Of a stretch of 64,000 nt of DNA, positions 8,386 to 20,307 are shown in pieces (the stretch's first letter is position 1; the number at the start of each line of letters is the position of its first letter). A model generated the notes under the pieces. That model did no database searches, was not told where the DNA came from, and saw only the letters and a program-made list of their open reading frames with translations. This stretch comes from Perlucidibaca sp. (GTDB taxonomy: Bacteria; Pseudomonadota; Gammaproteobacteria; Pseudomonadales; Moraxellaceae): assembly GCA_041612115.1 (NCBI GenBank), contig JBFJJU010000001.1:15537-79536 (forward strand), written 5' to 3'. The position numbers and the translations under genes are program-made.

Positions 8386-9657
8386 TTAAGCCTTATCCAA
8401 CGCCTGAGTCAGGTCAGCCAAGATGTCATCGATATGCTCAATGCCAATCGACAAGCGCACCAAATCTACGCTGGCACCGGCTTTTACCAACTCTTCAGGG
8501 TTCAACTGGCGGTGAGTTGTCGATGCCGGATGGCAGGCCAATGACTTAGCATCGCCGATGTTCACTAAGCGCAAGATCATCTGCAAGGCATCGATAAAGC
8601 GTGCACCAGCCTCCATTCCACCTTTAATACCGAAGCTGACAATGCCGGAGCCTTTGCCATTGGTGATTTTCTTTGCCGTGGCGTTGTATGGGCTGTTGGG
8701 CAGAGCGGAGTAGTTCACCCAGCTGACTTTCTCGTGCTTACTTAAGAAGTCCGCAACTTTCTCGGCATTTTCGCAATGACGCTCCATGCGTAAGCCCAGT
8801 GTTTCCAAGCCTTGTAACAGTAGGAATGTGCTGTGCGGAGCCAAAGCAGCGCCGGTGTTACGCAATGGCACTACGCGGCAACGGGCAATATATGCCGCTG
8901 CGCCGATGTCACGGGTGTAGACCACGCCGTGATAAGACGGATCAGGCTCATTGAGCAGTGGGAAGCGCTTGGCATTGGCCTTCCAGTCAAATTTGCCGGA
9001 GTCGACAATCATGCCGCCAAGAGTAGTGCCGTGGCCGCCGATGTATTTTGTAAGCGCATGCACAACGATCGCCGCGCCATGCTCAAAAGGTCGGCACAAA
9101 TACGGCGTAGCCACGGTGTTATCAACAATCAGCGGGATGCCGTGTTTGTTGCCGATCTCGGCCAATCGTGCAATATCGACGACGTTGCCAGCAGGATTTC
9201 CGATAGACTCGCAAAATATCGCGCGCGTTTTGTCATCAATCGCCGCTTCAAACGCCGCGTAGTCATCGTGCGAAATCATCCGCACTTCAATGCCTTGGCG
9301 CGGGAATGTATGGGCAAACAGGTTATAGGTACCGCCGTAGAGTTGGCTGGTGCTCAAGATATTGTCGCCAACGCTAGCAATGCACTGAATGGCATAAGTA
9401 ATTGCCGACATGCCAGATGCCACAGCCAGCGCTCCAACGCCACCTTCCATAGCCGCCACGCGCTCTTCCAATACGGCATTGGTCGGGTTGGTGATGCGCG
9501 AATAAATATTGCCGGCAACTTTCAAATCAAAAAGATCAGCGCCGTGCTGCGTGTCATCAAAGGTGTATGAAGTCGTTTGATAAATTGGTACAGCCGCAGC
9601 TTTTGTTGTGGGCTCTGATTTATATCCGTGGTGTAAGGCCAGTGATTCCAGTTTCAT
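8386..9657 (-). CDS. metY: O-acetylhomoserine/O-acetylserine sulfhydrylase
   Basis: PIYQTTSY, YSRITNPT, PLP lysine in HALTKYIGGHG, NIGDAKSLACHPASTTH. Confidence 0.92.
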   Translation of the reverse strand: MKLESLALHHGYKSEPTTKAAAVPIYQTTSYTFDDTQHGADLFDLKVAGNIYSRITNPTNAVLEERVAAMEGGVGALAVASGMSAITYAIQCIASVGDNILSTSQLYGGTYNLFAHTFPRQGIEVRMISHDDYAAFEAAIDDKTRAIFCESIGNPAGNVVDIARLAEIGNKHGIPLIVDNTVATPYLCRPFEHGAAIVVHALTKYIGGHGTTLGGMIVDSGKFDWKANAKRFPLLNEPDPSYHGVVYTRDIGAAAYIARCRVVPLRNTGAALAPHSTFLLLQGLETLGLRMERHCENAEKVADFLSKHEKVSWVNYSALPNSPYNATAKKITNGKGSGIVSFGIKGGMEAGARFIDALQMILRLVNIGDAKSLACHPASTTHRQLNPEELVKAGASVDLVRLSIGIEHIDDILADLTQALDKA

Positions 9658-9782
9658 AAACTTCCTCCTGTATTAGACGACTAAGAGGGCATTGTGCCGA
9701 ACTTCCATAGCCTTTGGTATGGCGGTTTTGGCAAATGCTTATAAGCGAAATTTTTGCCCCTAAACTCACCAAGCCTACGTCA

Positions 9783-11003
9783 CTACAACATAAAGTGGAT
9801 TTGCATCTCACCGACCATAAAGCCGAGCACCGCACCAACCAAGATCAGAATCCATTCCTCCTCTTTAAAGGCTGGCCGCAGCATGCCCTCAAACTCTACA
9901 GGTGTGAGCTGGCGCATACGGGTAATCAAGGTATTGCGCACATCCATAGCATCTTCGGCGTAGGCCTCCATATGCTTCATGGTCTCGGGCAAGCGCTCTA
10001 AAATACGGTCGGCTACTGTCGCTTTCATGGCGATGTACTTTTCTGTGCCCACGGCGTAGAGCACGAGTGGACGAGCAAGACCAGCCTGCTCATCAATTAC
10101 GCGGCGCACATGCTTTTGCAGCAGAGTGATTACTCGGTCGGAACGTGGGCCAGTAAACAACTCCTCCATCATCACGCCTGGCGTCAGCATTTGTTTTGAA
10201 ATTAGCGCGGCATAGTCGCCCGCGACCTCATGCTGACGCTTTAAAAATAGGCCATGTAAGGTGAAGCCGAAAATCTTCTTCGGGTGCAAAGGACGGAACA
10301 GCATTTGCAAGGCCAACCAGTCGCTAAAGAAGCCAACAAAGCCACCAAAGGCTGGCAGCATCCATGGTTGACGGAATACCAACCAGCACACCATTTGCAC
10401 GATGCCAATAATGAAACCGAAAACAAAGCCGGCCTTACAGAAGAACTTCAGCTCTTCTTTGCCAACACTTTGGAAAACCTCATTGAGTAGTGCTTTATCT
10501 TTTTGCAGATTGCTGATGACCATGTGGCGAATGTCGAAATAGCGCGATACGTCGTGCTGCACTTCGCTCATGATGGTTTGCACGATTTTCGGCGCCTCAG
10601 CCTTCACGCGCTTGATGATGGAGTTGCGCATGAACATCGGCATGCCTTCCCACAGCCCTGGCTGATACTGATGCATCACTTCGCGCACAATATCTTCTGA
10701 GGCCTCCATCATTGGCACTTCGATTTCTCGCGCAATGCGTTTCGGGTCGAGGCGAGCGAAGATTTCTTCTGGCTTAATGAGGCGCTCGGTCATCAGGTCA
10801 ACAGCGATGGTAGCCATCTTCACCGACTTGCGTGGCACAATGCCCTGCCAGCCAAAAAACGGCTTAATGCCCCAGAACTCGATAGGGTGGAACATCATCT
10901 TGATCGCCACCACTTTGGTAACGTAACCAATGATGCCGCTGATGAAGGGGATGGAGATATAAAGCCACATATCAGCTTTAAAGTCGGCGATCAGAGCGTC
11001 CAT
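9783..11003 (-). CDS. DUF445-family membrane protein
   Basis: Two repeats of GYVT/FFSD..A..M.F.P, GWQGIVP, terminal EEWILILVGAVLG. Confidence 0.75.
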   Translation of the reverse strand: MDALIADFKADMWLYISIPFISGIIGYVTKVVAIKMMFHPIEFWGIKPFFGWQGIVPRKSVKMATIAVDLMTERLIKPEEIFARLDPKRIAREIEVPMMEASEDIVREVMHQYQPGLWEGMPMFMRNSIIKRVKAEAPKIVQTIMSEVQHDVSRYFDIRHMVISNLQKDKALLNEVFQSVGKEELKFFCKAGFVFGFIIGIVQMVCWLVFRQPWMLPAFGGFVGFFSDWLALQMLFRPLHPKKIFGFTLHGLFLKRQHEVAGDYAALISKQMLTPGVMMEELFTGPRSDRVITLLQKHVRRVIDEQAGLARPLVLYAVGTEKYIAMKATVADRILERLPETMKHMEAYAEDAMDVRNTLITRMRQLTPVEFEGMLRPAFKEEEWILILVGAVLGFMVGEMQIHFML

Positions 11004-11032
11004 AACAATCCGTTAAATAGCGTTAGTTTTTC

Positions 11033-11689
11033 TTATGATGTTGGCGGTTCGCGCAAAGGCAGCGATAAACGCGATGGGTCGGCGGGAATAATGCCACGAT
11101 ATGGCGCCATCAGGCTTGCTAAATCAGCCTCCATATCGCCTGTTGGATAGAACACGGGCAGCATAAAGAGTTCTTTGCGGCCAAAATCTAGAATAAACGG
11201 CACGATGGGTACGCCCGCTTTCACTGCCATATGATAAAAACCGGTTTTCCAAGCGGACGAAGCATGACGCGTACCTTCGGGAGCGACGCCGATATAAATG
11301 CTTTCTGATGCGGCAAAGCGCTCGACAATCTGTTCGACTTGGCCTCCGCGTGACCCTTTGCGATACACCGGAATCACTCCCATCCAGCGAAATAGCGAGC
11401 CAAGCGGGCCTTTAAATAGCTCGGCTTTCGCCATGACATTGATACTCAAGCGCAACGCCATTGTGCACGCAACTGCTACAAAGCCATCTCGATTAGAAGT
11501 GTGGGGGGCGCCGATAAAAATTGCCTTAGGCACTGTCGGTGGCGTTCCGGTGATGCGCCAGCCTATCAGGCGCAACCAAAGCATGCCCACGCGCTGGCTA
11601 AATGCAGTACCACGCCGCGGCACTAAAGGGCCTAGATTTTCAGCAGTAACTGAGTCACTACGCCTAGATTGAGTCATTGGTTCTGTCAT
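11033..11689 (-). CDS. 1-acyl-sn-glycerol-3-phosphate / lysophospholipid acyltransferase
   Basis: HTSNRD (HX4D), APEGTR, KTGFY motifs. Confidence 0.88.
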   Translation of the reverse strand: MTEPMTQSRRSDSVTAENLGPLVPRRGTAFSQRVGMLWLRLIGWRITGTPPTVPKAIFIGAPHTSNRDGFVAVACTMALRLSINVMAKAELFKGPLGSLFRWMGVIPVYRKGSRGGQVEQIVERFAASESIYIGVAPEGTRHASSAWKTGFYHMAVKAGVPIVPFILDFGRKELFMLPVFYPTGDMEADLASLMAPYRGIIPADPSRLSLPLREPPTS

Positions 11690-11726
11690 ATCGAGCCACT
11701 GTTAAGATTTAATATACTTATAGCTC

Positions 11727-11761
11727 AAAAAAAGGGGTCACAGCGTAGCTGCAACCCCTTT
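11727..11761 (-). terminator. Probable intrinsic terminator after the acyl-CoA dehydrogenase gene
   Basis: AAAGGGGT...ACCCCTTT imperfect stem with a T run on the minus strand. Confidence 0.55.
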
Positions 11762-11797
11762 CATTCAAGCGCTTTGCACAAGCGGCTAAGCCGGTGC

Positions 11798-12970
11798 TTA
11801 GAAAGTGCGCGAAATAAGCTCTTTCATAATTTCATTCGTGCCACCATAGATACGGTTAGCACGCGTATCGATGTAAGCCTGCGCAACCGGATATTCAGTC
11901 ATAAAACCATAACCGCCGTGCAGCTGCACACACTCATCGACCACTTTCGAGATCAAATCCGACACCCAGTATTTCGCAGCAGCGGCAGCGTCCACTTGCA
12001 ACGTGCCTTTCAGCTGCTCTTCGATGCAACGGTCAACAAACACACGGGCAATCTGTGTTTCTGAGCGCAGTTCGGCGAGCTTGTATTTGGTGTTTTGGTA
12101 GGCCGCCACGGGCTTGCCAAATACTTTACGGTCACGCACATAGGCCAAGGTGTGAGCCAACACACTCTCACAACCTGAAGCACACATGATGGCAATCATC
12201 AGACGCTCCCAAGCCAGCTCTTTCATCAGCATGATAAAGCCCATGCCTTCGGTGCCGATCAAGTTAGATTTCGGTACGCGTACGTTGTCGAAGAATAGCT
12301 CACAGGTATCTTGGCCTTTCATACCCACTTTTTTCAATGGGCGGCCTTTGCTGAAACCTTCGCGATTGGCTTCAATCAGCAGCAGCGACACGCTTTCTGC
12401 GCCTTTGCTTGGGTCACCAGTTTTCACCACGACCACAGCGATATCGCAGAGATAACCGTTGGTGATGAAAATTTTGCTGCCGTTTACGATGTAATCATCG
12501 CCATCGGCAATGGCCGTAGTGCGCACGGCTTGTAAGTCAGAGCCAGTACCTGGCTCAGTCATGGCAATCGAGCCGACAGCCTCACCGGAGCACATTTTAG
12601 GCAGCCATTGCTGCTTCAGCTCTTCGCTAGCGAAGTTGTTTAAATAGTTGGCAACGATGTCGGAATGCAGCGAAAAGCCCGAAGCTGAATCACCCGCACG
12701 CGCCTGCTCTTCCATCAAAATCACGCTGTACAGGCGATCAACGCCTGAGCCACCGTACTCTTCCGGCATGGTTGGGCATAGCAGGCCTAGCTCGCCAGCT
12801 TTGTTCCATAAATGACGATCGATGTGCTGTTGCTCTTCCCATTTTTCACGATGCGGCGCCAATTCTTCTTCAAAAAAACGGCGAGCGGTGCGGCGGAAAT
12901 CTTCGTGATCCGCGCTAAAAATTGTGCGCGGAATCATTGCATTCATTGGTGTGGGGACATTCAAGCTCAT
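11798..12970 (-). CDS. Acyl-CoA dehydrogenase (long-chain type)
   Basis: AMTEPGTGSD, NGSKIFITNG, QLHGGYGF, IYGGTNEIMK. Confidence 0.93.
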   Translation of the reverse strand: MSLNVPTPMNAMIPRTIFSADHEDFRRTARRFFEEELAPHREKWEEQQHIDRHLWNKAGELGLLCPTMPEEYGGSGVDRLYSVILMEEQARAGDSASGFSLHSDIVANYLNNFASEELKQQWLPKMCSGEAVGSIAMTEPGTGSDLQAVRTTAIADGDDYIVNGSKIFITNGYLCDIAVVVVKTGDPSKGAESVSLLLIEANREGFSKGRPLKKVGMKGQDTCELFFDNVRVPKSNLIGTEGMGFIMLMKELAWERLMIAIMCASGCESVLAHTLAYVRDRKVFGKPVAAYQNTKYKLAELRSETQIARVFVDRCIEEQLKGTLQVDAAAAAKYWVSDLISKVVDECVQLHGGYGFMTEYPVAQAYIDTRANRIYGGTNEIMKELISRTF

Positions 12971-13098
12971 AGTGGCTCCCTAATTCATCTGGTCGATGGA
13001 ATCTGTAAATAACTAGACATTGTCGGCCTCATATTTACAATACGGCCGTACAACTTGTGATGCTTTATACGCAGACTTAGCCAAGGATTCAAGTAAAA

Positions 13099-13791
13099 AT
13101 GACTGCACAGTCTCAAAATATAGATCAACATCGCCGTACCCAGACTGAGCGCAGCGAAGCTATGCGCCAACGTTTAATCAACGCCACTGTCACTTGCTTA
13201 GCCGATGAAGGCTATGCCGGCACGACGGTGAGCAAAATCATCACTCAGGCCGGCGTTTCGCGCGGCGCTCCCATGCATCACTTCCCTACCAAGGCCAGTC
13301 TGCTGGAGGCCACCGCCGAATACTTAATTCGCTGGATGAACCGCCACCTTGCTCGCGCAACTCGTGGCGTTGTCGACTCAGAAAATCGCGCGGCCGATAT
13401 GATCACCGCCAGCTGGCGCGAGCTGCACGATGGCCCCGAAAGTTTAGCCTTGATGGAGCTGATGCTCGCCAGTCGACGAGATGAAGACCTGGCTCGCGTC
13501 ATGCGTGCTTTATGGGATGCCGGGAGGCAAGCGCTGGATATGGCCAGCAAACACTATTTCGAGCCAGACTTTAATGGCATTAAGCCTACGCAGCTCTTTG
13601 TCTTAACGCATTGGCTGATGCGTGGCATGGCCCTAGAGCAGCACTTGATGAACGATGCTCCCGTGGCTGATCACTTCATTGAGCTATGGGGCCAGGTCAT
13701 GAGCCAGCACCTGCAAGCCAAGCCTAATGTCACCACGCCGCCGCCACGGCCAGCCTTTTGGAATCGCTCATTAGCGACCAATGCAGACTAA
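13099..13791 (+). CDS. TetR/AcrR family regulator
   Basis: N-terminal HTH GYAGTTVSKIITQAGVSRGAPMHHFPTK; divergent from the acyl-CoA dehydrogenase gene. Confidence 0.88.
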   Translation: MTAQSQNIDQHRRTQTERSEAMRQRLINATVTCLADEGYAGTTVSKIITQAGVSRGAPMHHFPTKASLLEATAEYLIRWMNRHLARATRGVVDSENRAADMITASWRELHDGPESLALMELMLASRRDEDLARVMRALWDAGRQALDMASKHYFEPDFNGIKPTQLFVLTHWLMRGMALEQHLMNDAPVADHFIELWGQVMSQHLQAKPNVTTPPPRPAFWNRSLATNAD

Positions 13792-14336
13792 TTCTCTGGC
13801 CCTTCAGCGGGTGCCAGTTCAACACCCTGCCAACTCAGACCTAGCCAATGGCTTTCGCGCTCACCATGAGGCCGAAAAACTCGCGTGCCCATCAGATAGT
13901 CAAACCAAGGCTTTGTTACACACCAATTTGCGCTCGCCTGAGACCCCATATGGTGGTCGTAATGCCAAGGCACATGCTGGCGCGCCCACTCCGGGTCTTG
14001 GTGCGAGTGCTTGTGCACACGGTAATAGTTCGCCGCGCTATACCACAGCGTACCCACAAAAAATGGCGCGATAGGAAACACAGGAACTAGCACTGCACTA
14101 GCAGCAATCAAGGACCATGCTTCCTTACCTTGCGCATGTAGGCCCAAGGGAAACTTCTCATAATTAGGGTCGTAGTAGTCATGCTGGCGCACCACCTTGT
14201 GATGCTCATGAAAATGAAATGACCAAAAGCTTCGACGATTTCGGCCCATGCCATGCAGCACATATTTGTGCATGGCCCACTCCACAGCGTTTGCCGTAAC
14301 CAGCCCTAATGGAATGCCCAGCATGATATTTCTCAC
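13788..14336 (-). CDS. Sterol desaturase / fatty acid hydroxylase family protein
   Basis: His boxes HKYVLH, HFHEHH, HKHSH, HYDHH; DYLMGT. Confidence 0.82.
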   Translation of the reverse strand: MRNIMLGIPLGLVTANAVEWAMHKYVLHGMGRNRRSFWSFHFHEHHKVVRQHDYYDPNYEKFPLGLHAQGKEAWSLIAASAVLVPVFPIAPFFVGTLWYSAANYYRVHKHSHQDPEWARQHVPWHYDHHMGSQASANWCVTKPWFDYLMGTRVFRPHGERESHWLGLSWQGVELAPAEGPEN

Positions 14337-14431
14337 TTTTATTATTGCTGTAACTTATGAGAGTTTTACCATGCCAGATAATGAAGTTGCTTATCCACTA
14401 AAGCTCTAAGGCGTTTTTTTTGATTAAATAG

Positions 14432-15094
<663 letters not shown>

Positions 15095-15201
15095 ACCACT
15101 AGCGTTTACTAGGCTCAAACCATCCCTCTGCGGAGGTTGTGTAAAAAACCTGCAAGCGGTAGAATCCCGCCCCTTATTTGCCCGCTGCTTGGAGCGTTAT
15201 C

Positions 15202-15474
15202 ATGGCCCGCGTAACCGTCGAAGACTGTCTGACCAATTTAGATAACCGTTTTGAGCTGGTGCTGGTTGCCTCTAAGCGCGCACGCCAATTGGCGACAGGC
15301 GGCAAAGAGTCCAGCTTGGCTTGGGAAAACGACAAACCCACCGTGATGGCCCTGCGCGAAATCGCCGCTGGCTTGGTCACTCGCGAAATTCTCAATGAAA
15401 TGCCAGAAGAAGAAGCACTACCCGATTTGAGCAATTTAGGTAACCTCGAGTACCAACCACCTATCGAGTTGTAA
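15202..15474 (+). CDS. rpoZ: RNA polymerase omega subunit
   Basis: [10 protein letters not shown]...[16 protein letters not shown]...[12 protein letters not shown]; GGAG RBS before ATG 15202. Confidence 0.97.
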   Translation: MARVTVEDCLTNLDNRFELVLVASKRARQLATGGKESSLAWENDKPTVMALREIAAGLVTREILNEMPEEEALPDLSNLGNLEYQPPIEL

Positions 15475-15570
15475 AAACACTACAAATCTCCTGCGTCATT
15501 GCGGCTTTTTTCAAGATATTCCTCGTCTTAGCCCCTTGACGCAGCGCCTCGCGATGCAGACACTGAGTAC

Positions 15571-17694
15571 ATGAACTCAGGCATCGACGCCCTCTGCAAA
15601 CGTCTCTCTAATTACCTTTCGCCAGAACAAGTGGCGCAAGTTCATCACGCCTATCTTTTTTCCGAACAGGCTCACATCGGACAATTTCGGCGCAATGGCG
15701 ACCCCTACGTCACACACCCTTTAGCCGTAGCTCATATTTTGTGCGATATGCACATGGACCATCACAGCCTGATGGCTGCCATGCTGCACGACGTTATTGA
15801 AGACACCGGTGTTAGCAAGGATGCCCTGGCAAAAGAATTTGGCGATGAAGTCACTGCACTAGTCGATGGTGTCACCAAGCTCACGCAAGTTCATTTCAAT
15901 AGCAAAGCCGAGGCGCAAGCCGAAAACTTTCGTAAAATGATTCTCGCCATGACCCACGATGTGCGCGTGATTGTGGTGAAGCTCGCCGATCGCTTGCACA
16001 ATATGCGCACGCTCGACGTGCTCACGGTGGAAAAGCGTAAACGTGTGGCGCGCGAAACATTGGATATTTACGCGCCCATTGCCATGCGTTTGGGCATGAA
16101 CGATATTCGCATTGAATACGAAGAGCTGGGCTTTCATGCTATTTGGCCCATGCGCGCCGAGCGTATCGAACATGCCGTGATGGCAGCACGTGGGCATCGA
16201 CGCGAAATGGTCATCAGCCTAGAAGTCGCCATTAGCGAACGACTTGCGCGCGAAGGCATCCAAGCACGAGTCGAAGGCCGTGAAAAGCATCTATTCAGCA
16301 TTTACCAAAAGATGCGTGAAAAACGCCGATCATTTTCCGAAATCATGGATGTCTACGGCTTCCGCGTCATCGTTGAAAGTGTCGACTCCTGTTATCGCAG
16401 CCTCGGCCTCATGCACAATTTGTACAAGCCAATACCAGGCAAGTTCAAAGACTATATCGCCATCCCGAAAACCAACGGCTACCAGTCATTGCACACTGTT
16501 CTGAAAGGCCCGCGCGGCGTGCCGATTGAGGTGCAAATTCGCTCCGAAGCCATGGATGCCATGGCCAGCAATGGCATCGCGGCGCACTGGCTGTACAAGT
16601 CAGACACTTTCACCAATACCTCGCAAACACGAGCTCGCGAGTGGATGAAGTCGCTACAAGAGCTACAGAAGAATGCCGGCGATTCACTCGAGTTCATCGA
16701 GAGCGTGAAGATCGATCTCTTCCCTGATGAAGTCTATTTGTTCACACCAAAAGGCCGCATCATGACATTGCCGCGCGGCGCCACGCCGGTAGATTTTGCT
16801 TACGCCGTGCACTCCGATATTGGTGATACTTGCGTGGCCGCACGCGTCGATAACCGTCTAGCACCACTCAGCTTGCCGCTAACAACTGGCCAAACTGTTG
16901 AGATCATTGCCGCTCCTGGTGCGCGCCCCAATCCTAGCTGGCTAGATTTCGTCATTACCAGTAAAGCGCGCGCGAAGATTCGCCACTTCTTAAAGGATCA
17001 ACAAGCAGATGAGTCGCGAGACTTAGGCCTGCGCCTGCTAGAGAAGTCACTGTCTGGTCTCGGCAAGAAATACGCCGAATTACCTGCCGATACGATGGCT
17101 AACCTGCTCAAAGAGTTGGCCATGGATAGCGCCAATACGTTGCTCGAAAATATCGGCATGGGCAACCAAGTTCCGCAAATTATTGCCCGCCGCTTGGTGC
17201 CCGATGAAGCCGTTGCTAGCTCAGCCACACTCAAGCGCAGTGCCCATAATGGCATCGCGATTCGTGGTACCGAAGGCTTGGTCGTGTCCTACGCCCGCTG
17301 CTGCCGCCCCTTACCTGGGGATGACATCATGGGGCATTTAAGCGCTGGTCGTGGCGTCGTCATTCATCGCCACAAATGCCGTAATATGGCGACCGAAATG
17401 CGCAGTAACCCCGACAAATGTGTACCGCTGCGATGGGCTGAAAAAGTCGATCGCGAGTTTATTTGCCAGCTACGCATTGCTTTGGTTAATCGCCGCGGAA
17501 TGCTCGCTGAAATCGCACGCGAGGCCACCGAAAGTGAAGCCAGCATTGATAATGTGCAGATTGAAGAAAAAGGCTCGCATCATGGGGTCATGCAGCTCGG
17601 CTTGGTGGTGCGTGACCGCATCCATTTAGCCCGCGTCATTAAACGTATTCGTGTTTTACCCGGCGTCGACAAAGTCACTCGGGTAAGCTCTTAA
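15571..17694 (+). CDS. spoT: Bifunctional (p)ppGpp synthetase/hydrolase
   Basis: HD motif [30 protein letters not shown] and ACT domains. Confidence 0.97.
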   Translation: MNSGIDALCKRLSNYLSPEQVAQVHHAYLFSEQAHIGQFRRNGDPYVTHPLAVAHILCDMHMDHHSLMAAMLHDVIEDTGVSKDALAKEFGDEVTALVDGVTKLTQVHFNSKAEAQAENFRKMILAMTHDVRVIVVKLADRLHNMRTLDVLTVEKRKRVARETLDIYAPIAMRLGMNDIRIEYEELGFHAIWPMRAERIEHAVMAARGHRREMVISLEVAISERLAREGIQARVEGREKHLFSIYQKMREKRRSFSEIMDVYGFRVIVESVDSCYRSLGLMHNLYKPIPGKFKDYIAIPKTNGYQSLHTVLKGPRGVPIEVQIRSEAMDAMASNGIAAHWLYKSDTFTNTSQTRAREWMKSLQELQKNAGDSLEFIESVKIDLFPDEVYLFTPKGRIMTLPRGATPVDFAYAVHSDIGDTCVAARVDNRLAPLSLPLTTGQTVEIIAAPGARPNPSWLDFVITSKARAKIRHFLKDQQADESRDLGLRLLEKSLSGLGKKYAELPADTMANLLKELAMDSANTLLENIGMGNQVPQIIARRLVPDEAVASSATLKRSAHNGIAIRGTEGLVVSYARCCRPLPGDDIMGHLSAGRGVVIHRHKCRNMATEMRSNPDKCVPLRWAEKVDREFICQLRIALVNRRGMLAEIAREATESEASIDNVQIEEKGSHHGVMQLGLVVRDRIHLARVIKRIRVLPGVDKVTRVSS

Positions 17695-17716
17695 TTTTTC
17701 AGGAGTATTAGTCTCA

Positions 17717-18100
17717 ATGAATCGCGCCGTTATCCAAACCAATAAAGCCCCAGCCGCCATTGGCACTTATTCGCAAGCAATAAAAGTCGGCAACACCGTT
17801 TATTTGTCGGGCCAAATTGGCCTCAACCCCGCCAGCATGCAGCTGGTTGAAGGTATTGACGCGCAAATCGTGCAGGTTTTTGAAAACCTCAAAGCCGTTA
17901 TTGAGGAGTCTGGCGCCACCCTACAAGACATTGCCAAGCTCAATATCTTCCTCACCGATCTAGGTCACTTTGCCTTAGTCAACGAGATGATGGCGCGCTA
18001 CTTCACACAGCCCTATCCTGCTCGCGCAGCCATTGGCGTAGCGTCTTTACCACGCGGTGCTCTGGTTGAAATGGATGGCATTGTTGTCACAGCTTCTTGA
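17717..18100 (+). CDS. ridA: RidA/YjgF family deaminase
   Basis: [30 protein letters not shown]. Confidence 0.9.
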   Translation: MNRAVIQTNKAPAAIGTYSQAIKVGNTVYLSGQIGLNPASMQLVEGIDAQIVQVFENLKAVIEESGATLQDIAKLNIFLTDLGHFALVNEMMARYFTQPYPARAAIGVASLPRGALVEMDGIVVTAS

Positions 18101-18119
18101 AACGGTAACTAATTGCACG

Positions 18120-18154
18120 AATAAAAATGCCTGCTTAATGCAGGCATTTTTATT
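18120..18154. terminator. Bidirectional intrinsic terminator
   Basis: AATAAAAATGCCTGC-TTAAT-GCAGGCATTTTTATT between convergent genes. Confidence 0.9.
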
Positions 18155-18166
18155 TAGGCCTAGAGA

Positions 18167-20203
18167 CTAATTAGCCAGAACAGGAACCTCTACCGTGCCA
18201 CTAATCGTGACTGCAGGCACCAATAAGTCACGTGACAAGCTGGTGAGGTACTGCAGGTTATAGCCATAGACCATTAGGCCAAGTTGCTCGCCTTCAGCTA
18301 GTTTTTCCGCAACGCCCACCATCGATACTTTGTGCTCACCGAGGCCGCGAACTGGCTGCATTTGCTCATCGATTAAGCGTGGAGCAGCCATGCCTTTTTT
18401 CGCACCAAAGCCGACAAGGACGATTGCGTCGCAGGCTCGTATAGGCAACTTCACAGGCAGTAGACCAAGCAAGCCCGACAGCGGGGCTGGAATATTATTG
18501 GTCAACTCTGCAGGCAAGCCCAAAGGCAGATCGCAGCCATTCAATGGCTCAAGGACATTATTCAGCTTAATGTTGAGCTGACCAATGCCGCCAATAGCCA
18601 GAGGGCCCTTAAAGCCCTCAAGAGGGATAAATGTTGGTAACAGCAAACTGGTTAGCCCTAAAGCTGCATTTGGCACAGGGATAATGCTGGCAGGAATCTT
18701 AGTTTCTGCGCGCTTTGCCGCAATTTGCTCTGACTCAACAAATACTGCCCCATCTGGGCCATCGCTTAGCGATAAGCACACACTGGTTTTCAACTGCTCC
18801 AAAGCCGTTACAGTTGCCAAACTTGCGGCTTCCTTCTGCGGAGGATTCAATTTTTCATTTAAGAATGCCAAGTCGGCATCGTCACGGCTTAGCGCACCGC
18901 AGTTATTACTACCGCCAGGCTTTTGTAAGTCTGGCAATGACAGGCCAACGCTATCTAAGCCCCCAAGCAATGGATCGGTGAGCATATTCAGTGGACCAAG
19001 CGCACCTATTACTGTTTGCGTGCCCGGCAAAATATGACCGCCCTCATGCGTCATTAAACGAACGTCCCCGCCTAAATTTTTATAGGCCTGATAGTTAGCC
19101 CACGCCTCATTGAAGTTAAACAAGGTATCGCGCATGCCTTGCGAAAATAAGATATCGACTTTCTTAGGTGCAGGCTTCTTATCGCCCACATAGATCGGCT
19201 TAGTTGGTGGCGACAACATTGAGGTCAGGAAATCCATATTACTTATATCGGTGCCATCATCCGCACCAAAGTATTTCGCACTGTGATAATAAAAGAAGTT
19301 TAGCGAAGGCGTCGGAATTTCATTAGATGTCACACCTTTGACCAAAGTCTCTTTAATGGCGGGGTCTAAACCCGAAATGATGGGCTTGTTTGCGCCTGCT
19401 TCGCCACCAACCACTAATAAAGCCACCCACGCAGACTTCACAGCACCGCCAGGGTACAAGCTAGTACGTAGATCATGCGGCGTTATATCTGGCGTAAGCG
19501 CATCAAGACGACTTTTCGGGTCGATATTGTGCAACAGCATTTGATACATGCCGCCGTAACTACCGCCATTCGCGCCGGCGACTATATTGTACGGGCTGGC
19601 CTCCGACGGCCGCTCGTACACGAGATAATCAAGATTCTTTTCAGCCCAATCAAAGATTTGTATTAAATCCTGACCTTCGTAGTCAGGGTCCATCACGCGT
19701 ACCGTGCCAGAGCTATCGTTAAACCCACGCTGATCGATACTAATGACGGCGTAACCGTTGTCTTGCAAGCGCTCAAGGAAACTACCTTTAGGGTCCTCTG
19801 TACGTGCGCCACCAAAGCCATGCCCGTGCAACACCAAGGGATTACCTTTTAGGCAGTCAATTTTTTTCGGTTCAATAACCTGAAAGCTAATGGTTTCACC
19901 ACTCGCCGAAGGCAAAGTGACCTGATAGCTCCGACCGCCATCTAAACGAACCTTAGTGGCGCATGACGCCGTGTTCGCCTCTAGCGTGTCGAATGTTGCA
20001 CCTGCACGCTTGAAGCTAACTATGCGATTCGGAGCAGTCTGAGCACCACCATCCCCACCAGTATTATCTCCGCCATCATCGACCTCTTCTTTCGGGTCGT
20101 CGCCGTCATCATTCGAAAAAAATGACCCTGACCCAGAAGATCCGCCGCAAGCTGCCAGAGAAGCTGCCAATGCCAAAAGTGGGAGTGTGTGAGCAATCCG
20201 CAT
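18167..20203 (-). CDS. Lipoprotein alpha/beta hydrolase (CocE/NonD, peptidase S15-like)
   Basis: Lipobox LAAC; HGFGG; DQRGF; nucleophile elbow GGSYGG; QGMRDTLF; GGH; start set at MRIAH after GAGG. Confidence 0.78.
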   Translation of the reverse strand: MRIAHTLPLLALAASLAACGGSSGSGSFFSNDDGDDPKEEVDDGGDNTGGDGGAQTAPNRIVSFKRAGATFDTLEANTASCATKVRLDGGRSYQVTLPSASGETISFQVIEPKKIDCLKGNPLVLHGHGFGGARTEDPKGSFLERLQDNGYAVISIDQRGFNDSSGTVRVMDPDYEGQDLIQIFDWAEKNLDYLVYERPSEASPYNIVAGANGGSYGGMYQMLLHNIDPKSRLDALTPDITPHDLRTSLYPGGAVKSAWVALLVVGGEAGANKPIISGLDPAIKETLVKGVTSNEIPTPSLNFFYYHSAKYFGADDGTDISNMDFLTSMLSPPTKPIYVGDKKPAPKKVDILFSQGMRDTLFNFNEAWANYQAYKNLGGDVRLMTHEGGHILPGTQTVIGALGPLNMLTDPLLGGLDSVGLSLPDLQKPGGSNNCGALSRDDADLAFLNEKLNPPQKEAASLATVTALEQLKTSVCLSLSDGPDGAVFVESEQIAAKRAETKIPASIIPVPNAALGLTSLLLPTFIPLEGFKGPLAIGGIGQLNIKLNNVLEPLNGCDLPLGLPAELTNNIPAPLSGLLGLLPVKLPIRACDAIVLVGFGAKKGMAAPRLIDEQMQPVRGLGEHKVSMVGVAEKLAEGEQLGLMVYGYNLQYLTSLSRDLLVPAVTISGTVEVPVLAN

Positions 20204-20307
20204 AACCGCCTCGCCTAATATTGTTCTTTTTGTAGGCAATTAGACTACGCCATAAGTTACAGAACAGCCATATAGACAAACCAAAACCGTAGCTAAATTA
20301 CAAAAAA

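Noticed and set aside
8833-9570. 245-aa plus-strand ORF
   Set aside because: Antisense shadow of metY with no recognisable motifs.
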